From Cyanobacteria bacterium P01_D01_bin.156 (GTDB taxonomy: Bacteria; Cyanobacteriota; Cyanobacteriia; Phormidesmidales; Phormidesmidaceae), in NCBI GenBank assembly GCA_039024555.1, contig JBCCQQ010000058.1, positions 1-40,741 of the forward strand: DNA of 40,741 nt, written 5' to 3'. Below the pieces are notes generated by a model. It did no database searches, was not told the DNA's origin, and saw only the letters and a program-made list of their open reading frames with translations. The position numbers were made by a program, and so were the translations under genes. Shown here piece by piece: positions 1 through 8,816 of the stretch (position 1 is the stretch's first letter; every line of letters starts with the position of its first letter).

Positions 1-2
1 CT

Positions 3-14
3 TTGTCTAGGTTC
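3..14 (-). promoter_or_regulatory. boxA-like antitermination element (GAACCTAGACAA) of a probable rRNA operon leader
   Basis: Reverse complement of 3..14 is GAACCTAGACAA, close to the cyanobacterial rrn boxA GAACCTTGAAAA. It lies about 50 nt downstream of a minus-strand promoter. Confidence 0.6.
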
Positions 15-64
15 TTAGCGCCTCAGAAGACCGAAAATCTCGACCCCCCGTTGAGCGCTTTACT

Positions 65-93
65 AATATAGCGAGCTCCTGAACTTCGGTCAA
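65..93 (-). promoter_or_regulatory. sigma70-type promoter firing off the left edge (probable rRNA operon promoter)
   Basis: Minus strand reads TTGACC (93..88), a 17-nt spacer, then TATATT (70..65), with an A/T tract upstream (UP-like). Confidence 0.7.
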
Positions 94-371
94 TACCTTT
101 CTCAAAATTTTTTGCAATATTCTCAAAAGCTCGCAAATTCAGTACTCGAGCCTTTCCGATTGAATGCTCTAGGAAACCCGTTGAAAAATTTATTGGCCTC
201 AAATTGAGGCTCACCCTGGTGTCTTGCCTCGATACCAGAGGGCAGGCGTTCACATAGTGGGAAGTTTTGCTGAATTTATCAGCGAACTCATAGTAGGAGC
301 AATCTGCTTGCCTATATAAGGTATAGAACTCCGATTAATCTATATAGGCAAATAGATATCAAAAGCATTGG

Positions 372-1241
372 ATGAATATCAACTGGATTAGTGTGAATGA
401 GCAGCTAAAGCAATGGTTGCAAGAGGACATTGGTCGTGGAGATCGGACAACTCTTGGGTTAGCTGATGCTGCTCAAACACTTGGGCAAGGGTATTGGCTC
501 AATAAATCTTCTGGGGTTATTTGTGGCCTATTACTTGCTCAACGAGTGTTTACTATTTTGGCTGATGCTAATGGCTATGTTCATCCAATGAATTTCACCC
601 CCTCTATTCCAGAAGGTCAATGGGTAGAGGCTGGAACAACTATTGCTTATTTGCAGGGTGACTTGGCTACGTTGCTAACCGGAGAACGAGTTGCCTTAAA
701 CTTGGCAATGCATCTTAGTGGTATTGCAACATCAACAAGACAATACGTAGAGGCCATTGCAGATGTGCCAACACAACTTGTTGATACGAGAAAAACTACT
801 CCAGGATTACGCACATTGGAAAAGTATGCTGTGCAGATAGGTGGAGCTTGCAATCATCGTTTGGGATTGGATGATGCTGTGATGATTAAGGACAATCATA
901 TTGCTGCAGCTGGTAGCATTGCTGCGGCTATCGAATGGGTACGCTCAACCATGCCTTATCCACTCACGGTGGAAGTAGAGACGGAAAATTTAGAGCAGGT
1001 CCAAGAAGCACTGGTATATGGGGCAGACATTATCATGCTAGATAACATGGCTCCCAAAAAGATGAAGAAAGCAGTGAAAATCATTCGACAAAAGAATCCT
1101 AGAGTCAAAATCGAGGGCTCAGGAAATATTACTTTAGACAGTATTCGTGAAATAGCCCTGACAGGCGTTGACTATATTTCTAGTAGCGCTCCCATTACTC
1201 GTGCTCCTTGGCTAGATTTAAGTATGCGCTTACAGCCCTGA
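372..1241 (+). CDS. nadC: nicotinate-nucleotide diphosphorylase (quinolinate phosphoribosyltransferase)
   Basis: Motifs EDIGRGDRTT, ERVALN, DTRKTTPGLR, HRLGLDDAVMIKDNH, EVEVE-like VEVETE, DIIMLDNM. Confidence 0.97.
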   Translation: MNINWISVNEQLKQWLQEDIGRGDRTTLGLADAAQTLGQGYWLNKSSGVICGLLLAQRVFTILADANGYVHPMNFTPSIPEGQWVEAGTTIAYLQGDLATLLTGERVALNLAMHLSGIATSTRQYVEAIADVPTQLVDTRKTTPGLRTLEKYAVQIGGACNHRLGLDDAVMIKDNHIAAAGSIAAAIEWVRSTMPYPLTVEVETENLEQVQEALVYGADIIMLDNMAPKKMKKAVKIIRQKNPRVKIEGSGNITLDSIREIALTGVDYISSSAPITRAPWLDLSMRLQP

Positions 1242-1382
1242 ATTCTGAGGACTTTAGCGAATTGTGTCGGTTTCACAAACGTTTGCAAACGGACAATTGC
1301 GAAATAACAAAGCTTCTGCCGATTTCTAGGAAAGGGATGCACAATCTAGAAAGTAATGGAGTGAAAGTAGGGTCGTAACACC

Positions 1383-1766
1383 GTGAGCCAGACACCTAGG
1401 CAACCAGCAAAAATCATTAAATTAGACATATTAGATACTGACTATGCAGCAATGGTTGCTGGTGAACCGATTGCTGATGAAAGAAAGCAGCGCCTAGACG
1501 AAACAGACCCGCAAACATTTGCTTATATCAGTCGTCAAATCTCAAGGTATCGCTACGGTTGCCATACTCAGGAAGAGCGTGATGATGCTTTGTACAACAT
1601 CGGCAACATGGTCGGTTTAATGACGCCTGCTGATGTGGAGGATGTGAATGATCGATTACGTCATACTGGGCATCTATATCTGACCCATGGAGAACGCCTG
1701 CAGATTCTAAACTGGCTAAAAGATGAACTGGCTGTTTCTTTTGATAATGATTTTGAGCACTGCTGA
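1383..1766 (+). CDS. hypothetical protein (127 aa)
   Basis: GTG-start ORF filling the intergenic space, with a protein-like composition and no recognised motif. Confidence 0.7.
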   Translation: MSQTPRQPAKIIKLDILDTDYAAMVAGEPIADERKQRLDETDPQTFAYISRQISRYRYGCHTQEERDDALYNIGNMVGLMTPADVEDVNDRLRHTGHLYLTHGERLQILNWLKDELAVSFDNDFEHC

Positions 1767-1976
1767 TTCTTCAAGTGCTGGTTAGGTTTCCAATTTTGCA
1801 CTCGGGGGGGGTGACAATTCATTCCTCTCATAAATCAGCAATGGCCAGTCTTGATGTGCCCGTACAAACTGCGATGAGTTAATTCAGAATTATCTTTTGT
1901 ATAAGGGTGGTTTATTTTAAAGCCTCTAGCTGGGACACTAGATACAGTTAATCCACTTTTAAAAAGCCATAACAAT

Positions 1977-3449
1977 ATGTCTGCTGCGATGTTGGTTCCG
2001 GCTATTGATGACCCAGCACTCCCTACACTATGTGGATGGGAGGTTCCTATGCGGGAAATTCGTGAATTTGACCGTCCCATTTTTTCCGAGCACAGCAATC
2101 TACGCCTTAATGACTTATCAGCTGGTTTCGCGATCGCACTTCATATGCACCAGCCAACGATCCCAGCAGGGCCACAGGGATCCTTAATTAGTCATCTGCA
2201 GTACATGTTCGAGCATCCCTATGATGGGGATAATCACAACGCTGGACCCTTCGCATACTGCTACGCACGGATGGGGGACTTTATCCCAGAACTTGTCCAG
2301 CAAGGCTGTAATCCACGAGTCATGCTGGACTACTCTGGTAACTTGCTATGGGGACTCCAGCAAATGGGGCGGGATGACATCATTGATAAACTTAAGGCAA
2401 TTACCTGTGATCCCAGATATCAACCCCATGTAGAGTGGTTAGGAACATTTTGGGGCCATGCAGTTGCAGCAGCTACACCACTACCCGACATCAAGCTGCA
2501 TATCGAAGCATGGAATCATCAGTTTGCTAGCCTTTTTGGCTTGGATGCATTAAAGCGTGTTCGCGGCTTTTCACTCCCTGAGATGCAGCTACCTAACCAT
2601 CCAGATGCTCTCTACACACTGGTAAAAGCCTTAAAAGAAACTGGCTATCGTTGGGTGATGGTTCAAGAACATACGGTAGAAACCATCACAGGGGAAAGTA
2701 TTCAACAAACTCATCTGCCCCATCGCTTAATCGCTCGTAACAGCTATGGTCAGGAAATTTCGATCTCAGCTCTCATTAAAACCCAGGGTTCCGACACGAA
2801 ATTGATTGGCCAAATGCAGCCATACTATGAAGCAAAAACCTTAGGAAAAGTCTCTCTAGGTCACCAATCGATTCCACCATTGGTCAGTCAAATTTCTGAT
2901 GGTGAAAATGGTGGTGTGATGATGAATGAATTTCCAGGAGCCTTTAAGAGAGCTTGGCATGAAGCATCTCATCAAAAAGGTATTACAGGTATTAATGGAA
3001 CCGAGTATCTCGAACTCTTAGCGGCAGCTGGTATTACAGAAGAAGACTTTCCTACATGCCAAGCGACCGGGCAACATCATCTCTGGCAAACATTAGGGGA
3101 CGGAGAGATTACACCGGAGCAAGTTGCCAATAAAATCGCAAACTTAGCAGAACACAACATTACCTTCGCTGGCGGGTCATGGACTAATGATCGTAGCTGG
3201 AGAAATGGATATGACAACGTTATGGAACCTATGGAGCAGCTCAGCGCCCGTTTTCATCAAGCAATTGCCAAAGTGCCTGCTTCACATCAGTCTCAATTAT
3301 CTGTCAATACTAACTATCGCCAGGCACTGCTTCATAACTTAACACTGCAGACGAGCTGTTTCCGTTATTGGGGCCAGGGTCAGTGGACTGACTATGCCCA
3401 AACAATTTATCAGCGGGGATGTCAGTTTGTAGACAGGGGCTTTTGCTAA
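1977..3449 (+). CDS. glycoside hydrolase family 57 protein (cyanobacterial type)
   Basis: ALHMHQP (GH57 H-x-H-Q-P), GFSLPE (nucleophile region), SDGENGG (acid/base region), TSCFRYWG. Confidence 0.85.
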   Translation: MSAAMLVPAIDDPALPTLCGWEVPMREIREFDRPIFSEHSNLRLNDLSAGFAIALHMHQPTIPAGPQGSLISHLQYMFEHPYDGDNHNAGPFAYCYARMGDFIPELVQQGCNPRVMLDYSGNLLWGLQQMGRDDIIDKLKAITCDPRYQPHVEWLGTFWGHAVAAATPLPDIKLHIEAWNHQFASLFGLDALKRVRGFSLPEMQLPNHPDALYTLVKALKETGYRWVMVQEHTVETITGESIQQTHLPHRLIARNSYGQEISISALIKTQGSDTKLIGQMQPYYEAKTLGKVSLGHQSIPPLVSQISDGENGGVMMNEFPGAFKRAWHEASHQKGITGINGTEYLELLAAAGITEEDFPTCQATGQHHLWQTLGDGEITPEQVANKIANLAEHNITFAGGSWTNDRSWRNGYDNVMEPMEQLSARFHQAIAKVPASHQSQLSVNTNYRQALLHNLTLQTSCFRYWGQGQWTDYAQTIYQRGCQFVDRGFC

Positions 3450-4213
3450 AATGCCACTCCATTCATCCGACTCAAAAATGTTTGCAGTCGCTCACTTTGA
3501 GGGTTACGCAAAACTTCTTTGGGATTGCCTGTTTCTTCAACTACTCCCTGATTGAGGAACAGCACACGACTCGCAACTTCCCTTGCAAACTGCATCTCAT
3601 GAGTTACGACAGCCATAGTCATCCCGTCTTCAGCTAAGGTACGCATTACCTGAAGAACTTCACCAACCAATTCCGGATCTAACGCACTTGTCGGCTCATC
3701 AAAAAGTAAAATTTCAGGCTCCATGCACAAAGAGCGGGCAATTGCCACACGCTGCTTTTGTCCACCTGAGAGCTGATCAGGATAGGCACTAGCCTTTTCT
3801 GCTAAACCCACCTTTGCCAAATACACTTGAGCTCGTTCTCTTGCTTCAGAATCAGACAACTTCAGCACTTTTCGAGGAGACAATGTTAGATTCTCCAGAA
3901 CACTCATGTGAGGATAAAGATTAAATTGCTGAAACACCATGCCTACGTTAGCCCGCAGCTGTTGTAAGGCTTTAGCACCTAGGTTAACAGCAGAGAGATC
4001 GATACCATTGACCATTAGCTGACCACCAGTAATGGTTTCCAAACGGTTAAAGCACCTCAGTAATGTACTTTTACCACACCCGGAAGAACCAATAATCGCT
4101 ACAACTTCACCTCGATGAATCTGACCGTTAATACCTCGCAGGACATCTAAATCCCCATAACTCTTTTGCAAGTTAGCAAAGTAAATTGCTGCTTCCGACA
4201 CAGTAGCCACCAT
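3446..4213 (-). CDS. polar amino acid ABC transporter ATP-binding protein (GlnQ/BgtA-like)
   Basis: Walker A GSSGCGKST, VFQQFNLYPH, LSGGQKQRVAIAR, LLFDEPTSALDPELVGEVL, VTHEM. ATG at 4213 preferred to GTG at 4222. Confidence 0.95.
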   Translation of the reverse strand: MVATVSEAAIYFANLQKSYGDLDVLRGINGQIHRGEVVAIIGSSGCGKSTLLRCFNRLETITGGQLMVNGIDLSAVNLGAKALQQLRANVGMVFQQFNLYPHMSVLENLTLSPRKVLKLSDSEARERAQVYLAKVGLAEKASAYPDQLSGGQKQRVAIARSLCMEPEILLFDEPTSALDPELVGEVLQVMRTLAEDGMTMAVVTHEMQFAREVASRVLFLNQGVVEETGNPKEVLRNPQSERLQTFLSRMNGVAF

Positions 4214-4388
4214 AGGAAACACACCTTAACTTGGGATGATAGCGCTGAAAATCATTTGAACGCTAAACACAACACCGTTTTTATCATGGACAGTTGTTAA
4301 GATTAGTGCGCTTTGGTACACAGCTTAACGTTAGATATGGAAGTTTAATTCTTTCGAAGGATTACCAGCAGCATTTTTTCTTGTGCTG

Positions 4389-4402
4389 GTAAATTAAGCT
4401 AC
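4389..4402. promoter_or_regulatory. candidate NtcA binding site GTA-N8-TAC
   Basis: GTA AATTAAGC TAC(A) in the divergent intergenic region of the amino-acid transporter genes. Confidence 0.55.
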
Positions 4403-4519
4403 ATCTAATGTATAAACTCAACCACCAAGTTTTCGAAAAACTTAAGTACTTAGGGCTTTTTTATAACTCGGCTCTATAGCTATTCACCGTTTAGTAACGT
4501 TGAGAATCCCATCGACACT

Positions 4520-5332
4520 ATGAAACGATCTCACTTTCTGAAAAATGCTTGTTTAGGTTTAGGAGCAGCCCTCGTCATGGCTGCTTGTGGCGGAGCTCAA
4601 GAAACCAGTGCACCTGCTGGAGATACTGCAGTGGGCGGCACATGGGTTGTTGGGACTGAGCCAGCGTTTCCCCCTTTCGAATCTCAGAGCGACAGCGGAG
4701 AACTTGTGGGATTCGATATTGACCTGATGAACGCCATTGGCGAACAGGCAGGTGTAGACGTTCAGTTTGAGAGCCTTCCCTTTGATGGTCTGATCCCGGC
4801 TCTACAGGCAGGCACGATTGAAGCTGCCATCAGTGGTATGACCATTACAGAAGAACGAGCAGAAACTGTAGATTTCTCTCGCCCTTATTTTCGGGCTGGT
4901 TTAGCCATTGCTGTGGCTGCAGATGATAATGAAACCACTTCAATAGAGTCCTTAGAAGGGAAAAGAATCGCAGTGCAACTAGGTACAACAGGTGCTGACA
5001 AAGCGGCTGACGTAAAGGATGCCAAAGTAAGCACGTTTGATTCAGCACCACTAGCACTCCAGGAACTCTCTAATGGCAATGCCGATGCTGTCATTAACGA
5101 TGCACCTGCAACACTAGACGCGATCGCAACTGGGAATATTGGCGGTGTTAAAGTTGTTGGGGAACTCCTGACTGAAGAATTTTACGGTATCCCAATGCCT
5201 AAAGATTCTCCCAATGTAGAAATTCTCAATGCGGCATTAGAAGAGCTGATTAGAAACGGCACCTATGACACGATTTATGAAAAGTGGTTTGGCACTGCCC
5301 CTGTTGGCACATTGCCTGAAACCGCATTTTAA
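4520..5332 (+). CDS. polar/basic amino acid ABC transporter substrate-binding lipoprotein (GlnH-like)
   Basis: Signal peptide ending MAAC (lipobox), VGTEPAFPPFE, GFDIDL, FDGLIPALQ, GMTITEER, VDFSRPYF, VQLGTTG. Confidence 0.93.
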   Translation: MKRSHFLKNACLGLGAALVMAACGGAQETSAPAGDTAVGGTWVVGTEPAFPPFESQSDSGELVGFDIDLMNAIGEQAGVDVQFESLPFDGLIPALQAGTIEAAISGMTITEERAETVDFSRPYFRAGLAIAVAADDNETTSIESLEGKRIAVQLGTTGADKAADVKDAKVSTFDSAPLALQELSNGNADAVINDAPATLDAIATGNIGGVKVVGELLTEEFYGIPMPKDSPNVEILNAALEELIRNGTYDTIYEKWFGTAPVGTLPETAF

Positions 5333-5436
5333 GTAGGTCAATTTTTGGGTCTCTATGAATAGTTTTGCAGAGACCCGACAAACAATCCTCTAGTCAAAAG
5401 GCTTTACACAGGTCTTTAATAACCGGACCTCAAAAC

Positions 5437-6117
5437 GTGGAATACATCATTGATGCTCTGCCGGCTCTGCTTCAGGGCGCTGTAACAACTATCCAGCTCA
5501 CAGCTCTTGCAATCTTTTTTGGGTTTATCGGTGGCACCCTACTAGGAACGGCCAGGCTGTCTAAATTTTGGCCTGTTCGATTGGCAACCCGCGCTTACAT
5601 CGAGTTTTTTCGCGGTACTCCATTGTTGGTTCAAATTTTTTGGATTTACTTCGGCTTCCCTGCCATGTTTAAGGGGTTAGGGCTGACATTCACCTTTGAT
5701 CGCTGGTCTGCAGGAGTTCTAGCCCTAAGCTTAAATTCAGCCGCCTATATTGCCGAAATTGTACGAGGTGGTATTCAATCTATTGACCGTGGTCAATGGG
5801 AAGCTGCAGCCTCTATGGGACTCAACTCATTACAAACCTTACGCTACATCGTTTTACCACAAGCTTTGCGACGAATGATCCCACCCCTGGGCAATGAATT
5901 TACTACATTGCTCAAAGACACAAGCCTGGTTGCTGTGATTGGTCTAGAAGAACTATTTCGGAGAGGGCAGCTGACCGTTGCAACAAACTTCCGTGCGTTT
6001 GAAATTTATACGGCCATCGGATTAGTATATTTGGCCCTCAACCTGCTCTTTTCTCAAGGCTTTACTTGGCTAGAACGTTGGACAGATCCTGCAGAGAAAA
6101 GCAAAAGAGCAGCTTAG
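5437..6117 (+). CDS. polar amino acid ABC transporter permease (GlnP/HisM-like)
   Basis: YIEFFRGTPLLVQIF, AYIAEIVRGGIQSIDRGQWEAA (EAA loop), LLKDTSL. GTG at 5437 preferred to TTG at 5365. Confidence 0.93.
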   Translation: MEYIIDALPALLQGAVTTIQLTALAIFFGFIGGTLLGTARLSKFWPVRLATRAYIEFFRGTPLLVQIFWIYFGFPAMFKGLGLTFTFDRWSAGVLALSLNSAAYIAEIVRGGIQSIDRGQWEAAASMGLNSLQTLRYIVLPQALRRMIPPLGNEFTTLLKDTSLVAVIGLEELFRRGQLTVATNFRAFEIYTAIGLVYLALNLLFSQGFTWLERWTDPAEKSKRAA

Positions 6118-6166
6118 GCTTGCCAGGACAAAACACGCCGAGAACAAACAAATGTGGACATCACAA

Positions 6167-6439
6167 TTATTTGCGTCGCCGTACTGAACGATGTTTGCTG
6201 CCGGGAGGGGTGCGATGGGCACCGAAATATTTTTCACTACGATATCGCAACCAAACTCGCAGCTGTTGTGGCACTTTTTCTTTCTGCACCTTTGTCAGTT
6301 GGTTATACAACTTTAAAGCACGTTCCCGCTCTCGACGGCAGGCAGCGTTATTGTGGGCGTCCCAGAGCTTTTTCGCTAAGCGAATGCGACGGTTCGTTTC
6401 TTTGATCAGAGCATCGCCCTGTAGTGGTTGGTCAAGCAT
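6167..6439 (-). CDS. small basic conserved hypothetical protein
   Basis: ORF with WDAHNNAACR and LRVWLRYRSEKYFG. I recall this as a conserved cyanobacterial family. It fills the gap between the permease and the true CDF start. ATG at 6439. Confidence 0.75.
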   Translation of the reverse strand: MLDQPLQGDALIKETNRRIRLAKKLWDAHNNAACRRERERALKLYNQLTKVQKEKVPQQLRVWLRYRSEKYFGAHRTPPGSKHRSVRRRK

Positions 6440-6509
6440 ATTAGATACAAGTCGGAAAACTGTCACCACCCATGTGGTCGATTTTAGCCAGGCATGGCAC
6501 CCTTTACTT

Positions 6510-7487
6510 ATGCATAATCACGGTTTTGGGGCTTGCGACTGCCCAATAGAGACGTCGCCTAAAAAACTCAGGGTATTGGCCATTGCGCTGGTCATGATCG
6601 CTAGCTTTTCAGCTGTCGAGCTGCGGATGAGCCACCACAGCCATAGTTTATCGTTGGTAGCAGATGCAGGGCATATGGTCGCTGATGTATTTGCGATCGC
6701 AATGTCCCTTCTCGCCGCTTGGATCGCCCGGTGGCCAACATCCCCGCAAGCTCCCTTTGGCTATCGCCGAGTGGAAATATTGGCGGCTTTGGTCAACAGC
6801 ATTGGATTGTTGCTGATTGCTGGTTGGATTGGCCAAGAAGCCATTGCTCAACTGCAGGCACCATCGACTGAAATTCTGACCCAACCTATGGCACTCACTG
6901 CCCTTGGCGGACTGGGTGTCCACGGCGTCAATGCAGTTTTGTTACATCAGCACACCGAGAATGATCTGAATCTGCGAGGAGCCTTTTTTCACACATTGGC
7001 AGATGCCTTCAGTTGCCTGGGTGTGTTGCTAGTAGCAGGTGCTGTTCATTGGTTCAGTTGGCAATGGATGGATGGTGCAGTAAGTATTGCGATCGCTCTT
7101 CTAATTCTCCTGGGCGCCATTCCCCTAATTCGCCAGAGCCTAGGTATTCTGCTGGAACAATCACCAACAGACATTAACCCAGAGGTTATCGAACAGCACC
7201 TGCTAACGTTTGGAGATATTACCCAAGTCAATCAGCTGCGCGTTTGGACCATTGCTCCTGGCCAAGTTCACCTCACTGCCAGTCTGACCGTAACTGGCAA
7301 TCCCAACCGTCGCGACCTGCTACTAAACCGAATTCAAACATCACTTATTCAAGATTTTGACATCACGGAAACTACTATCCAGATGACGTCTGCAGCATCC
7401 GTTGTCTTACCGACACTGCGCAATACTAAAATACGAGAGCTAATTCAGACCACCACACCGAATGCAAGTCGCCTCTTGGAACGTTAA
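6510..7487 (+). CDS. cation diffusion facilitator family transporter (CzcD/ZitB-like)
   Basis: SLSLVADAGHMVAD, FGYRRVEILAALVN, LNLRGAFFHTLADA (HxxxD sites), His/Cys N-terminus MHNHGFGACDC. Start placed at ATG 6510. Confidence 0.9.
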   Translation: MHNHGFGACDCPIETSPKKLRVLAIALVMIASFSAVELRMSHHSHSLSLVADAGHMVADVFAIAMSLLAAWIARWPTSPQAPFGYRRVEILAALVNSIGLLLIAGWIGQEAIAQLQAPSTEILTQPMALTALGGLGVHGVNAVLLHQHTENDLNLRGAFFHTLADAFSCLGVLLVAGAVHWFSWQWMDGAVSIAIALLILLGAIPLIRQSLGILLEQSPTDINPEVIEQHLLTFGDITQVNQLRVWTIAPGQVHLTASLTVTGNPNRRDLLLNRIQTSLIQDFDITETTIQMTSAASVVLPTLRNTKIRELIQTTTPNASRLLER

Positions 7488-8301
7488 TTCTGTCCGCACT
7501 CGCCTAAGCCATGTAACCGACTGGCTCCACAATCATCCAGATGTAGATGTACTGTGTCTCCAAGAAACTAAAGTCATTGATGCGGACTTTCCCAGAGCAG
7601 CCTTTGAAGACCTGGATTATCACACTTATGTATACGGTCAAAAGGCTTATAACGGAGTAGCACTGATTAGCAAAACTCCCCTAGAAGATATCCGCCTAGG
7701 CTTCAGCGCTATTTTAGACGAGGTCACTGTCGGTGATTTAGATGATCAAAAACGAGTTATCAGTGGCGTTCTTAACGGTGTACGAATTCTCAACTTATAT
7801 GTGCCGAATGGGTCTTCCATTGGCAGCGAAAAGTATGAATACAAGCTGCGCTGGCTAGCATTACTCAAGCAATATCTAATTAGGACACTGGAAGAAACCA
7901 CCAAACTCAACGTCTGTGGAGACTTCAATGTCGCCCTTGAGAATAAGGACATTTACACCGACGAGAAACGAGACAAACACATCATGTCGTCTCCGAAGGA
8001 ACGGGAAACTCTACGAGATGTGTTGGCAATAGGCCGTAGCCCACAGGAACGGGAAGGATTAACAGATGCTTTAGCAGATGGTGGGCTAGCAGATGCCTTT
8101 CGAAAATTTACTGATGAAGGTGGTCACTTCAGTTGGTGGGATTATCGAGCCGCTTCTTTTCGTCGGAACATGGGTTGGCGTATCGATCACCATTACCTTT
8201 CCCCCGAACTATATAAACAAGCACAGCGTTGCTGGATCGATATTGAACCCCGAAAGCTAGAAAAACCAAGCGATCATACGCCGGTTATCGTGGAATATTA
8301 G
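7462..8301 (+). CDS. xth: exodeoxyribonuclease III
   Basis: SWNVNS, CLQETK, YNGVA, YVPNG, GDFNVA, FSWWDYR, GWRIDH, SDHTPV. Confidence 0.96.
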   Translation: MQVASWNVNSVRTRLSHVTDWLHNHPDVDVLCLQETKVIDADFPRAAFEDLDYHTYVYGQKAYNGVALISKTPLEDIRLGFSAILDEVTVGDLDDQKRVISGVLNGVRILNLYVPNGSSIGSEKYEYKLRWLALLKQYLIRTLEETTKLNVCGDFNVALENKDIYTDEKRDKHIMSSPKERETLRDVLAIGRSPQEREGLTDALADGGLADAFRKFTDEGGHFSWWDYRAASFRRNMGWRIDHHYLSPELYKQAQRCWIDIEPRKLEKPSDHTPVIVEY

Positions 8302-8441
8302 CATTCGCACACATTACGGGTAATCAATGGAACGTTGTCCTCGGAAGACACGTCAAGCTTTAGAAGATAAGCTTTTAAGCAAGATAAAGCCCCCCTCCTT
8401 TTCAAGCTAAAAAGCTGCATAGCCCCCTCTGCAGTCAGGTT

Positions 8442-8774
8442 TTGAGCATCTATGCAGTTTTTGATTTACCCGTGAATAGTTTTTTAGCTGGCAGCAATTG
8501 CCCAATTATTGATCCGCCTGAGTTAGAGACCGCGTTACACTTTCTAGAAATTTTTACCAATCTAGAAGACGAATTTAACCGAATTGATTTGGTGAATACG
8601 GGTCTGTTTGATCTAGAGCATCCTGAAACAGCTCAGCAGTTAGACTTACCAGGAGCTATTAGGGCCATCAGACATAAAAGCAAGCTTGCAAAGGACGTTT
8701 TGCGCTGGGTAGATGACAACCGCTACAGCCTGAATAGTGAAAATTTGATTGAAACAAGCCTACTAAATCGCTAA
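8442..8774 (+). CDS. hypothetical protein (about 100-110 aa, start may be GTG 8472)
   Basis: Only sizeable ORF between xth and the activase gene. No motif recognised. Confidence 0.55.
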   Translation: MSIYAVFDLPVNSFLAGSNCPIIDPPELETALHFLEIFTNLEDEFNRIDLVNTGLFDLEHPETAQQLDLPGAIRAIRHKSKLAKDVLRWVDDNRYSLNSENLIETSLLNR

Positions 8775-8816
8775 TCTACAGCCCCGCATCTCGATTCATC
8801 CTGATAGTCTGGGTTT

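Noticed and set aside
4520..4590. Tat signal in the amino-acid binding protein (KRSHFLK)
   Set aside because: It lacks the twin arginine. A Sec lipoprotein signal explains it.
6066..6509. 148-aa N-terminal extension of the CDF ORF in the ORF track
   Set aside because: It overlaps the permease end and is antisense to a more credible small gene. CDF homology begins near ATG 6510.
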